Shown here in pieces: positions 19,865-29,494 of a stretch of 64,000 bases of DNA. The translations under genes were made by a program, and so were the position numbers. Position 1 is the stretch's first letter; every line of letters starts with the position of its first letter. Under the pieces are notes generated by a model. That model was not told the DNA's origin. It saw only the letters and a program-made list of their open reading frames with translations, and made no database searches. Location of the stretch: positions 24,274 through 88,273 of the forward strand of contig JAAOXS010000021.1 in the NCBI GenBank assembly GCA_018220985.1. Reading direction: 5' to 3'. The stretch comes from Nanobdellota archaeon. GTDB taxonomy: Archaea; Nanobdellota; Nanobdellia; PEZQ01.

Positions 19865-20088
19865 TACGAGCATACTTACTATTAATAACCAAACCCGGAG
19901 TTGAAAGTAGAATTGCAAGCAAACTAATAAACATAAAAGAAGTTAAAGACATTGAAGTAGTGTACGGGGATTATGATATAGTAATTAAAGTAGAATTCCC
20001 AAACATGGACGAACTAAGCGCTTTCATAAAAAAATTACGCGCAATCAAAAACATTAAAAACACGTCAACAATGATAGCTATGCAATGA
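19861..20088 (+). CDS. stand-alone Lrp/AsnC ligand-binding (RAM) domain protein
   Basis: The 75-aa sequence MIRAYLLLITKPGVESRIASKLINIKEVKDIEVVYGDYDIVIKVEFPNMDELSAFI has the typical RAM-domain pattern without an HTH. Confidence 0.6.
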   Translation: MIRAYLLLITKPGVESRIASKLINIKEVKDIEVVYGDYDIVIKVEFPNMDELSAFIKKLRAIKNIKNTSTMIAMQ

Positions 20089-20681
20089 TACTCATCGAAC
20101 AATTGTACAACACAACAATAACAATAATACAATTCTACGGACTGCCAGGATACTTCTTAGCAATGATAATTCAAGCAATTATTGCACCAATACCATCAGA
20201 AGCACTAATAATGCTCGGAGGCGCAAGCTTCGGCGCGTTTTGGGGTGGATTAATTGGAAGTTTAGGCGAAACAGCAGGGGCAGTGTTTAGTTTTTACATA
20301 TCAAAAAAAGGTGGAAGACCAATAGTTAAAAAATTGTTAGGGAGTAAAATAACTGACTTCGCGGATAAATGGTTTCAAACATATGGTGGCAGAGCAGTGT
20401 TTTTAGGAAGGCTTATTCCAGTAATACCCTTTGATGCTGTAAGCTACGGCGCGGGATTAACAAAAATCAAATTCAAAAAATTCTTCTTAGCAACATTAAT
20501 AGCCAGTTTTCCAAGAGCTTTCTTTTTCTCAATACTCGGAGGATTTGTAGCATCAGAAATATCAAGAGAAGGGTTCATAAGCGCTTTTAATCAAATACTA
20601 ATAATAGTAATCGGGCTTGCAGTAACACTAATAGTTTTCCAAAATTTGCTAGTAAAGAAAGTCAGAAGATTTAAAAAATGA
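20085..20681 (+). CDS. DedA / SNARE-associated (TVP38-like) membrane protein
   Basis: Contains PIPSEALIMLGGASFG...GRLIPVIPFDAVSYGAGLTKIKFKKF. Confidence 0.65.
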   Translation: MILIEQLYNTTITIIQFYGLPGYFLAMIIQAIIAPIPSEALIMLGGASFGAFWGGLIGSLGETAGAVFSFYISKKGGRPIVKKLLGSKITDFADKWFQTYGGRAVFLGRLIPVIPFDAVSYGAGLTKIKFKKFFLATLIASFPRAFFFSILGGFVASEISREGFISAFNQILIIVIGLAVTLIVFQNLLVKKVRRFKK

Positions 20682-20700
20682 CTATTAATGAATTAGGATT

Positions 20701-21330
20701 ATGAAAGTATTAGTTTTAAGTGCGCACAGTGACGATCAAGTCCTTGGACTGGGAGGAACAATTGCAAAACACTCTAAGCAAGGGGATAAAGTAGTCACAG
20801 TAGTTTACAGTGCAGGAGAGAAAAGTCCTGTTTGGACTTTGAAGAAAGAAAAACTAATCACGCAAAGAATGCAAGAAACCATAAACGCGGATAAAATTTT
20901 AGGAGTTAAAAAAACAATATTCTTAAAATATCCTGATGTGAAACTGCAAAAATTCCAGAACGAACTTAACGAAAAAACGTTGAAAATAATACGAGAGTAC
21001 AAACCAGAAAAGATATACGTACACCACAAAAAAGACTTGCACCCTGACCACATGGCTGTTTGGAAAGCGTGCGAGTATTCGCTTAAAAAAATAAAGAACA
21101 CTCCAGAAATATACGGGTACGAAGTTAACTCTTGGTTCTCACCGTTCACGCAGCAAGCAGAACTCGTAGTTGACATAACAAAAGAATACAAAAAAAAATT
21201 ACGCGCAATAAAATGCTACAAGACACAACGCTACCTACTCTTCTTCCTAAACCCATTGCTTAAACTGAGAGGATTTCACTACAGCAGCATATATGGTTTT
21301 AAATATGCCGAAGCGTTTTATACTTATTAA
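20701..21330 (+). CDS. PIG-L/LmbE family N-acetylglucosaminyl deacetylase
   Basis: Contains VLSAHSDDQVLGLGGTIAK and HPDHMAV, the zinc-binding motifs of the PIG-L family. Confidence 0.7.
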   Translation: MKVLVLSAHSDDQVLGLGGTIAKHSKQGDKVVTVVYSAGEKSPVWTLKKEKLITQRMQETINADKILGVKKTIFLKYPDVKLQKFQNELNEKTLKIIREYKPEKIYVHHKKDLHPDHMAVWKACEYSLKKIKNTPEIYGYEVNSWFSPFTQQAELVVDITKEYKKKLRAIKCYKTQRYLLFFLNPLLKLRGFHYSSIYGFKYAEAFYTY

Positions 21331-22427
21331 TGAGGAAAGTATTATTCGTACCGAGTGGTATAGGGTTAGGACACGCGGTAAGAACTCATAATATAATAAA
21401 CCACGTGAGAAAAAAAGCGGAATTCCGACTTGCAACTTACGGAGACTCAACACCTTTCTTTAACAAACTAGGATATGAACAAATAAAGTTAAGAGGCTTT
21501 AACTACCATGGCGAATACTCATTTGAATTAATGCAAACACTTGTTAAAGAAGCAGATATATTCTTCAAACTAGCTGGAGATTATTTAAAACTATCACGAT
21601 ACGCTCAAGAATTCCCTTACGACACAATTGTATCAGACTCAGATCCGATAGGGATAATAACTGCGAACTTTCTAAGAAAAAGAAACGTGCTAATAGAGAA
21701 CTTGCAAATCGTACTTGACGAAGCAAAATACTTGCCGAAAAGATTTCAAGAAACATTATCATACCAAATCGGGCTCGTACAAGAATTAGAAAAATACATA
21801 ACACAATATTTGGATTTAATACTTGTAACAAGTTTCAACAACAACAAATACGCTGATAAGAAAAAACACAACATAGGACTGGTAATGAATTCAAAAACGG
21901 ATGATAATTCTTACAAAAACGCGCTGAAAAACGAGTTCATAGCAGTGCCAATAAATGGTTCAGCACTGTCTTACAACATTGTTCACGAACTAATAAGCGT
22001 GTTCAAAAATTTTCCAAAACAAAATTTTTATTTTATAAATTTTCCAACAAAAATAATTAAAAAAATAAAAAACATTTACTTACTGCCATTCATGCACCCG
22101 CCCGAGTTAAGAGCTTACATGAAAGCAAGCAAAGCAGTAGTGAGCTTTGCAGGTCACTCAACGCTAACTGAAATCGCGCACTTCAAAAAACCCTCATTAA
22201 TATTGCCTTTACCAAATCACATAGAACAAATATCTAACGCAACATTTTTTAGAAGAAATAAACTTGCAGAAGTAGTGTTTCCACGGCAAAAATATGAGAA
22301 TGAAAGCGTTACGCGCGCTCTGACAAAACTGTTCGCAAACTTAAACGCGTACGAAGAAAACATTAAAAGCATGAATTTCAATTTTAACGGAGCGGAAAAC
22401 GCTGAAAAATTAATACTCACAGATTAG
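21330..22427 (+). CDS. glycosyltransferase (GT-B fold, MurG/UDP-glycosyltransferase-like)
   Basis: Has an N-terminal G-rich loop VPSGIGLGHAVR and a C-terminal VVSFAGHSTLTEI...LPLPNHIEQ. ATGA-type overlap with the deacetylase gene. Confidence 0.55.
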   Translation: MRKVLFVPSGIGLGHAVRTHNIINHVRKKAEFRLATYGDSTPFFNKLGYEQIKLRGFNYHGEYSFELMQTLVKEADIFFKLAGDYLKLSRYAQEFPYDTIVSDSDPIGIITANFLRKRNVLIENLQIVLDEAKYLPKRFQETLSYQIGLVQELEKYITQYLDLILVTSFNNNKYADKKKHNIGLVMNSKTDDNSYKNALKNEFIAVPINGSALSYNIVHELISVFKNFPKQNFYFINFPTKIIKKIKNIYLLPFMHPPELRAYMKASKAVVSFAGHSTLTEIAHFKKPSLILPLPNHIEQISNATFFRRNKLAEVVFPRQKYENESVTRALTKLFANLNAYEENIKSMNFNFNGAENAEKLILTD

Positions 22428-22849
22428 TTCATAATAACTCTCTCAATGTTTACGACCAATTTTTCAACATCATCATAAAACGATTTTAGCTTATCTTTAC
22501 TGAAAGTTTTAGAACTCTTCCAATTACTAATGATCACGCCTTTATCAGTTCTATACAAACTCTTGTAAGTCATGTTTTTTAAATAAAAATACATGTCATA
22601 CAATCTTTCCTCTAAAGCCACTTTTCTCAAAATTTCTTTACTCAAATCCTCAAAAGTCGTGGACGTGCTTGCGGAATCTCCACGTTGAGATTCAAGAATG
22701 ACCGGGCTAATCAAATTCATCGCGCTTAACAAATTTTCAATGTAAACTTTAATACTTGAATCAGGAAGAGTATCTAAATTAATCAGGATTTTTCTCGCTT
22801 TCTCTAATTCTAAACGAGACCTATTAAGATTTGTACGCGTAAGTTCCAT
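22424..22849 (-). CDS. hypothetical helical protein (141 aa), paralog of the upstream ORF
   Basis: The C-terminus SFYDDVEKLVVNIERV resembles KYLSNARELINNIEKL of ORF 22824-23387. Confidence 0.45.
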   Translation of the reverse strand: MELTRTNLNRSRLELEKARKILINLDTLPDSSIKVYIENLLSAMNLISPVILESQRGDSASTSTTFEDLSKEILRKVALEERLYDMYFYLKNMTYKSLYRTDKGVIISNWKSSKTFSKDKLKSFYDDVEKLVVNIERVIMN

Positions 22850-23387
22850 AATCAGTCCTAACTAGTTTTTCAATATTATTAATTAATTCTCGAGCATTTG
22901 ATAAATACTTTTTTATCATATTCACGCTTAAAGTTTCAACACGCAAACAGCCATTAACAATGTGAATAACACTACCTTCCTGAATATTATACCCACCACT
23001 TTTCATACTTCGCAAATTGTCCAGTTTAATAATCATTTCCTCACCTTCAAAGTTAAGAGCGAACTGTTCGGAATAATCTCTTAAAAAATATTTTAAACGC
23101 AAATGCTCGTTCTCAGGTAAGTGATAAATTCTCTTAAATCTTAACTCGTTCTTAAGAAAAGCGAAAATCGTATTGTTCAAGGCGGAGTTAATGTGACGCG
23201 CAACTGAAAGCATAATCTTACGATCGTTTAATAATTTGTAAGTTACGTAAACCATATGGTCAGCTAACTTCAACTCCTTCCGAGCCTCAGCTAACTCTTC
23301 CCAAATATCCACAATAAATATGATAATTCCAAGCTTAAAAATGGTTTGTGCACCTAAAAATATGGAAATATTTAAAAAATTAAACAA
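22824..23387 (-). CDS. hypothetical helical protein (up to 187 aa; start uncertain)
   Basis: The track start is TTG, and the only internal Met is 44 codons downstream. It overlaps the next gene by 26 nt. Confidence 0.45.
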   Translation of the reverse strand: MFNFLNISIFLGAQTIFKLGIIIFIVDIWEELAEARKELKLADHMVYVTYKLLNDRKIMLSVARHINSALNNTIFAFLKNELRFKRIYHLPENEHLRLKYFLRDYSEQFALNFEGEEMIIKLDNLRSMKSGGYNIQEGSVIHIVNGCLRVETLSVNMIKKYLSNARELINNIEKLVRTDYGTYAYKS

Positions 23388-23401
23388 TATTTCCCAATTT
23401 T

Positions 23402-24208
23402 ATGAGTTTAAATCTTGAAAGTTTAATAAAAAACGATTTAATCATTCCTAAAAAAGATGAAACGAGAACAGATTACTTTGTAAGAGCTATAAATATAAAG
23501 CTAAATAACCCTCCCTTGCAAAAAGTATTAAAATCATATACTACAACAAAAGAATACAAAATATTTGATTTTTACAAGGTACAACCCTCAATAATAAGTA
23601 AAAAAAATAATTTAGAAAAAAATTCGTCGCATTATGGCGGTTCAAGTGCAGGGGCTGATTTAAACCAATTTTTTTCATATTTTGTGAATGAAGGATTTAA
23701 TAAAAAATCACTTATTCCAATAATTTATGAAAACTCAAAAAATGAAGAATTAGCTGTTAAAGAAGCAACTATTAAAACATTACAACATAACATTATTAGT
23801 GACAGTGCAATAAAACCCCAATTCCATGCGAAAGAAGGAATTATAAAAGCACTTTTTAATATTCCAGCCAGCAATAGAAAAAATCAATTAAAAACTGCAA
23901 GTAAAACAATTGGTTTATATGGCTTTTACTTAACACCACCTATTTTAGCTTCAATTGTATCACCAACATTTATTCCTTTAGCAACACCAGGGATTTATTT
24001 ATGCATAAAAGACTTACAAGATATCAAAAATGAAAGAATAATGTACAAAGCCACTAACAAATTAATAAATCTAGATAAAGGATTAGAAAAAATAATACCA
24101 ACATTAACTCCTGATGAAATAGTTAAGTTAGCAAAAGGTTGTTCTTTAGACGATTTGGAAAAAACTGAATTAGAAAAAGAAATGTTTAAAATATTATCTA
24201 CAGCTTAA
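23402..24208 (+). CDS. hypothetical membrane protein (268 aa)
   Basis: The ORF has a central hydrophobic hairpin (IGLYGFYLTPPILASIVSPTFIPLATPGIYLCI). Confidence 0.45.
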   Translation: MSLNLESLIKNDLIIPKKDETRTDYFVRAINIKLNNPPLQKVLKSYTTTKEYKIFDFYKVQPSIISKKNNLEKNSSHYGGSSAGADLNQFFSYFVNEGFNKKSLIPIIYENSKNEELAVKEATIKTLQHNIISDSAIKPQFHAKEGIIKALFNIPASNRKNQLKTASKTIGLYGFYLTPPILASIVSPTFIPLATPGIYLCIKDLQDIKNERIMYKATNKLINLDKGLEKIIPTLTPDEIVKLAKGCSLDDLEKTELEKEMFKILSTA

Positions 24209-24269
24209 TTTCTATCTCAAAAATTTTTTAGAAACTTTTAAAAAACCAAAACACATCAAAAAAGTTACT

Positions 24270-24803
24270 ATGGCCAAACTTAGAAGCGGAAGGTGTTACA
24301 CAACATTGAAAAGACCGTTCACTCGGAAGAGTCGAAAACATGAACTCTCGTACGTAAGAGGAGTTCCAGGCTCAAGAATCGCAAAATTCGAAGTAGGCGC
24401 AACTAAAAAAAAATTCACGCACGCAGTTCACATGATAAGCAAACAAAATATACAACTAAGACATAACGCGTTAGAATCAGCAAGACTTGCAGTAAATAGA
24501 TACGTAAGCAAAGCAGTAGGAAAAGAAAACTTTCACTTAATAATTCGTGTGTACCCGCATCACGTTTTACGCATGAGAAAAATCATGAGCGGCGCAGGAG
24601 CAGATCGTTTATCTAGCGGAATGGCGCACTCGTACGGGAAACCCATAGGCACAGCAGCGCAAGTTAAAGAAGGTCAAGAAATAATAACTGTAAACCTTAA
24701 CGAATCAGGAGTGCAAAAAGTTAAAGAAGCATTCAAAATCGCTGGAAAAAAATTACCCTGCAAAACAAGCTACAAAATAATAGAAAAACAAACAAAAAAA
24801 TAA
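24270..24803 (+). CDS. rpl10e: 50S ribosomal protein L10e (uL16)
   Basis: Contains RCYTTLKRPFTRKS...YVRGVP..RI.KFEVG...LESARLAVNRY...RVYPHHVLR. Confidence 0.9.
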   Translation: MAKLRSGRCYTTLKRPFTRKSRKHELSYVRGVPGSRIAKFEVGATKKKFTHAVHMISKQNIQLRHNALESARLAVNRYVSKAVGKENFHLIIRVYPHHVLRMRKIMSGAGADRLSSGMAHSYGKPIGTAAQVKEGQEIITVNLNESGVQKVKEAFKIAGKKLPCKTSYKIIEKQTKK

Positions 24804-25412
24804 ATGATTAATTGGATAATTTTTGATTGGGGTGGCGTATTATTCACTATAAATTACTTAGAACTTGCTGAAACAATTCACCATTCTTTTAAACAACTTT
24901 CAAGAAAAGAAATAGAAACAATACTTTACGGAAAAGAATTAGGTTATGATTACAGAAATGGAAAATATAACAAAAAAGAATTCTGGCAAAAAACAAAACA
25001 AGTTATTGGCAAAAAATTTAACACTGAACTACTCGCACAAAAATGGCACGAATCATACAAACTAAACGAACAAGTTCTTAAAATAATAAAACAATTAAAA
25101 CAAAACTATAAAATAGGCGTTATCTCAGGCAACATAAAAGAACGCGTACAATACTTAGACAAAAAATATGACGTGCTAAAATACTTTGATTCCCAAGTTT
25201 TCTCATACGAAGTTGGAACGAACAAGCCGAACCCGGAAATTTATGAACAATTCTTGAAAAAAACAAATGAGAAAGGCGAAAACTGCGTTTTTATAGATGA
25301 TGAAATAAAGTTTATACAATCAGCGCAAAAATACGGTATTAAAACAATACACTTCAAAAACGCGGAAAACCTGAAAAAAGAATTAAAAAAAAATGGGATT
25401 AAAATTAAATAG
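24804..25412 (+). CDS. HAD-superfamily hydrolase
   Basis: Motif I is IIFDWGGVL (DxG variant), motif II is ISGN, and motif IV is FIDDE. Confidence 0.7.
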   Translation: MINWIIFDWGGVLFTINYLELAETIHHSFKQLSRKEIETILYGKELGYDYRNGKYNKKEFWQKTKQVIGKKFNTELLAQKWHESYKLNEQVLKIIKQLKQNYKIGVISGNIKERVQYLDKKYDVLKYFDSQVFSYEVGTNKPNPEIYEQFLKKTNEKGENCVFIDDEIKFIQSAQKYGIKTIHFKNAENLKKELKKNGIKIK

Positions 25413-25611
25413 CGTCACCTAAACTCTCACTGGACACGTCAGGCACTGAAGAACTTACATTCACGCCAGCACTGGATGATAAATCCGGCAAATCAGTATT
25501 AACTCCAACACCTAACTCGCTTGAAGGAACACTGCCCGTTGACTCTTCCTCCTGACTAACGCAACCGCTTAAAAATAACACGCCTAAAAACAAAAACACT
25601 AGCTTCTTCAT
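25405..25611 (-). CDS. small secreted lipoprotein-like protein (68 aa)
   Basis: MKKLVFLFLGVLFLSGCVSQ is a signal peptide plus lipobox-like motif. The rest is Ser/Val-rich. 4-bp overlap with the upstream gene. Confidence 0.5.
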   Translation of the reverse strand: MKKLVFLFLGVLFLSGCVSQEEESTGSVPSSELGVGVNTDLPDLSSSAGVNVSSSVPDVSSESLGDAI

Positions 25612-27608
25612 ATCACATCACTACTCCCACTACTCGTTTTACCTAATTGATTCATTTTCATAAACACTTTCTCAGGATTACAATTTTCTTTAACCCAATC
25701 ATAATCCCCAACGCCAAACTTGGAATTGCACTCGTCAACCGCGCCCTTAACAACAACTAACTCAACCTTATAAGCGGACATGTCACTACCCGTTTTTTCA
25801 TAATTATCAATAACTGTTTCAGAACCACTATACATGTGAGTTAACAATTGAGTGAACAAAACACTAGCAGCAAGCCTTTCAAAATTTTTGAAACGCGACT
25901 GAAGTGAAACTTGTAAACCCTCACTCTTAACATCATCACCCTGACGAAGAGCAATTTTTAACTCTTCAACAACACTTTCAATACTGATTAACTCTCCATC
26001 AACAATCGAAGAATTTAACACAATACCCTTCTCAGCGAACTCCTGCTTAACTTTAACAATATTACCACGCATAACACGAATATAATTATTAGCCAACTCT
26101 TCAACAAGAACAACCTGCACTTCACGCATAATCTTCTGAACCCTGCTTTCCAAACTCTTAACTTTTTCCCGCAACTCTTCAGAAGAAGCGGAATCCTGCA
26201 AATCACGCAACTCACTAATCATAACATCAATCTCATCAAGTTTATCATCAATTTTTTTAGAATCAATTGTTAAATTATGACCTTCACGTGCTTTACGAAT
26301 CTCTTCATTAAAATTTTCACGAACACGACTCTTAATTTTTTCACCATAAGCAACATATAACTTTATCTGTGCCTTCACAAACAACCGTTCAAAACGAGGC
26401 TGCAAATCATTCTCAAAACTTTTCGCAGTTTCATCATCCTCAAAAGACTGGCTTTGCTCAACAGCGCTTTTACCTGCTAAAACACCCAATTCACTGACTA
26501 ACTCATTTAACTCTAATTCAATACTTGAAAAATCAACAACAACACCCTCTTTCTCAGCATTCGCTTTCATCTTCACTAACTCCTCACGCACTCTTTCAGA
26601 AAAAGTATTAGCCATAACAACATAAACTTTGTAAACCATACGACGCTTCAACTCCAAATACATACTAACAACTTCACTTTCAAAACGAAGCTTAATATCC
26701 TCCATGTTCTCAGAAGTAAGCTCGTTTTTTAACTCTTCAATATTAGCTTCAACACTACTAAGATATTCCTCATCATCAGAAAAATCAACACTCAAACCCT
26801 GCTTCTGAATTTCACTCTTAACCTCTTCAAACTTACTTCTAACCTCATTCATAACAGCATCAGCTTGCTCTAACATAAAATTAACCCAATACTCCATTCC
26901 ACTCTCATGAACTTCACTAACAATTTCATCAAAATTTTCCTGAACACTAAGCCTTAAAACCTGCCAATCCGTGAAAAAATCTGATTTCTCAAATACCGGC
27001 GCAATTTCTCCACGCCTATTAGAAAAAATTGAAACCTTACCACTAATGCTTGAAACACTAACACCTCTACTTTCAAGACTGCTTGTTAAATTATTAAGAA
27101 ACGCGACCTCCCAATCAAAATGTTGCAAAGACAATTCTTTCATCAAACTCTTAGCCTCCTCAAACCTGGTTTCAAAACTGTTTTGCATAAGACTAACAGC
27201 CACGTTAGAACCGCTCCTCGCTTCACTTCTTTCAATTTCGTCAACAATAACTAAACGCGAACTTGATTTGAAATCATCTTTTAAAACGCTAAACTCATCC
27301 CACAAATTTTCATAACCATCATCAGTAGAATCAACTTCGCCAATGTAAACAGCTAACTCAGCGTGCAAGTCAACAAAATTATCATAAATTTTTTCCAAAG
27401 AAGAAACATCATAATTCTTAACTTCCGCGAACTCAATAATTTTCAACATTTTAATTTCAAAAGTGTCAAGCTCAACACTGTTAAAACCATAACGAACACT
27501 TAACCAATCCTGAGTAGCTGTTTTCTCAAAACCACTAACAACATCATAATCATCAGCGAAAACAGGAACTGCTAATAACAATACAAAAAATAAAACTCTA
27601 CCCATCAT
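25608..27608 (-). CDS. secreted coiled-coil repeat protein (666 aa)
   Basis: Has the signal peptide MMGRVLFFVLLLAVPVFA. About five modules of roughly 95-100 aa recur, each with ...AEKEG(V/I)V(V/L)..SSI...EL... and ...F.RL....Q.KL.V... Confidence 0.6.
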   Translation of the reverse strand: MMGRVLFFVLLLAVPVFADDYDVVSGFEKTATQDWLSVRYGFNSVELDTFEIKMLKIIEFAEVKNYDVSSLEKIYDNFVDLHAELAVYIGEVDSTDDGYENLWDEFSVLKDDFKSSSRLVIVDEIERSEARSGSNVAVSLMQNSFETRFEEAKSLMKELSLQHFDWEVAFLNNLTSSLESRGVSVSSISGKVSIFSNRRGEIAPVFEKSDFFTDWQVLRLSVQENFDEIVSEVHESGMEYWVNFMLEQADAVMNEVRSKFEEVKSEIQKQGLSVDFSDDEEYLSSVEANIEELKNELTSENMEDIKLRFESEVVSMYLELKRRMVYKVYVVMANTFSERVREELVKMKANAEKEGVVVDFSSIELELNELVSELGVLAGKSAVEQSQSFEDDETAKSFENDLQPRFERLFVKAQIKLYVAYGEKIKSRVRENFNEEIRKAREGHNLTIDSKKIDDKLDEIDVMISELRDLQDSASSEELREKVKSLESRVQKIMREVQVVLVEELANNYIRVMRGNIVKVKQEFAEKGIVLNSSIVDGELISIESVVEELKIALRQGDDVKSEGLQVSLQSRFKNFERLAASVLFTQLLTHMYSGSETVIDNYEKTGSDMSAYKVELVVVKGAVDECNSKFGVGDYDWVKENCNPEKVFMKMNQLGKTSSGSSDVI

Positions 27609-27692
27609 AAACTATGATAATTAACAATTAATAATTATAAAACTTTTCCACGCGAAATTAATATAAGCCAACACTCATTCTAAAAATGTATT

Positions 27693-29489
27693 ATGACAAA
27701 ATTTGTATCCTGGTTTAAAGATGTAGACGTAAGCCAAACATCACTTTTCGGTGAGCAAGCAGCAAAAATAAGTGATTTATACAAAAACAATTTTCCAGTA
27801 CCAATAGGTTTTGTAATAAACAAATCAGCGTTCAAAGAATTTATAGAACAAAATGGGATGGCAGAAAAAATAACGCAACTAATCAACACGGAAAACAGTG
27901 AAGAAATAATGAACTTAATCATGAGCGCTGAAATACCTAACAACGTTTCAGAAAGAATACTAACAGCATACCACAGCTTAGAAACAGGAGGCGAAAGATT
28001 TTCAAGAATAACCAACACAGCACTTGAAATGATACGAGTGGGAAGAACGAAAACACCACTTGTAACAATTGAAACATCAAACAATTACGCTGGAACACTA
28101 AACTTGCAAAGAAACGTGCAAGGAGACAAACAATTACTTGAAAACGTGAAAAAAGCTTGGACAACAATATTTTCACCAGCAGGACTAATACAAATAAAAC
28201 AATCACAACAAATTTTTGAAACAGGAATAATAATAAAAAAAGAATTAGAAACGAGCACGTCAACAATATCCTATTCAAAACATCCAATAAATTTTAATGA
28301 CGAAATCTTCGCAGAATCAGTATGGGGTGGGATAACACCTTTACTGGAAAGTGAAATAACACCAGACTCTTACGTGATAAGCAAACAAGACGGAACACTA
28401 AAAAACAAAAGAGTAAGCACTCAAAACTGGATGATTTACAAAGACTTAAGAACGAACACGCTAACGCGAAAAGAACTATCATACGAACGCGCGAACTCAC
28501 AAGTACTAAACCCAGAAATAATCAAAAAAATAGCGTACTTAACTAACAGAGTTGAAAAATACTTCGGAGCACCCCAAAAAATAATGTTCGTAACAGAAGG
28601 CAACAGAATATACATAACCCGCGTAGAACACATTAAAAAAAATCAGGAAACAACGCAAATAACGCAAGAAGGATTTATCGAACTACTAAAAGCGCACCCG
28701 ACAACAATGGGAATAGGAATTGGAAAAGCAAAAATAATACAATTACCTCGCGACTTTTCCCAAATAAATCAAGGAAACATAATCATCACAAAAAAACCCT
28801 TACCTGGAATTGAAAAAGCACTACTCAAATCAAACGGGTTAATAATTGGCAGTGGAGGAATATCATCAAAAATTACGGAACTTGCAATAACCCTAAAAAA
28901 ACCAGTTATAACAGGCGTAATAGACTTCACAATTTTTGACGAAAATTATGAAACAATGATTAATGCTGAAAACGGGGTTATCAGCCAAAAAGAAATCACA
29001 CAACAGCAAACAATACTTCAAGAAGGACTATTACAAGCACCGACACTAAACGAAAACATAAAACTATCAATTGAAACTTCATCAGAACAAGCACTGCAAA
29101 CAATCATGCAAATGTGCAAACAGTACGGAGTTCAAATAAACGTGATAAACAAACCAGAAGAAATTATTAAACAAGAAACACCATTCATGCAAGAAATTCC
29201 TGAAACAATAACTCCACAATTTATTGATGAAACACCAACAAATTCTTTTTTAGACGAACCAAAACAAATAATTAAACCTGAAGAACAATTTTCAGTTCAA
29301 GACATGCTAAACAAACCAGCTCAAGAAAACCCACTACCATTACCGCAAACCCGAATTGAAACAGAAAATTATGAAGAACCAATATCGCCAAAACCCGAAA
29401 ACGCGTACACAATAGGAGACGACTACCAAGAAAAGAAAGAACCTGAAAAGAAAAAAGAAAACAAAGACGAACTAGTACCTTACTGGTAA
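27693..29489 (+). CDS. PEP synthase / pyruvate phosphate dikinase-like protein lacking the TIM-barrel domain and the catalytic His
   Basis: The N-terminus is like PPDK_N (FPVPIGFVINKSAFKEFIEQNG). The swivel-domain motif GSGGISSKITELAITLKKPVITGV aligns with canonical GGxTSHAAIvARelgiPaVvG, with His replaced by Lys. There is a Q/E/P-rich C-terminal tail. Confidence 0.65.
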   Translation: MTKFVSWFKDVDVSQTSLFGEQAAKISDLYKNNFPVPIGFVINKSAFKEFIEQNGMAEKITQLINTENSEEIMNLIMSAEIPNNVSERILTAYHSLETGGERFSRITNTALEMIRVGRTKTPLVTIETSNNYAGTLNLQRNVQGDKQLLENVKKAWTTIFSPAGLIQIKQSQQIFETGIIIKKELETSTSTISYSKHPINFNDEIFAESVWGGITPLLESEITPDSYVISKQDGTLKNKRVSTQNWMIYKDLRTNTLTRKELSYERANSQVLNPEIIKKIAYLTNRVEKYFGAPQKIMFVTEGNRIYITRVEHIKKNQETTQITQEGFIELLKAHPTTMGIGIGKAKIIQLPRDFSQINQGNIIITKKPLPGIEKALLKSNGLIIGSGGISSKITELAITLKKPVITGVIDFTIFDENYETMINAENGVISQKEITQQQTILQEGLLQAPTLNENIKLSIETSSEQALQTIMQMCKQYGVQINVINKPEEIIKQETPFMQEIPETITPQFIDETPTNSFLDEPKQIIKPEEQFSVQDMLNKPAQENPLPLPQTRIETENYEEPISPKPENAYTIGDDYQEKKEPEKKKENKDELVPYW

Positions 29490-29494
29490 AAAAA

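Noticed and set aside
29469-29489. The C-terminal …ELVPYW of the PpsA-like protein was considered as a proteasome-activator HbYX-type tail.
   Set aside because: Pro at the hydrophobic position does not fit the HbYX consensus, and there is no supporting context.
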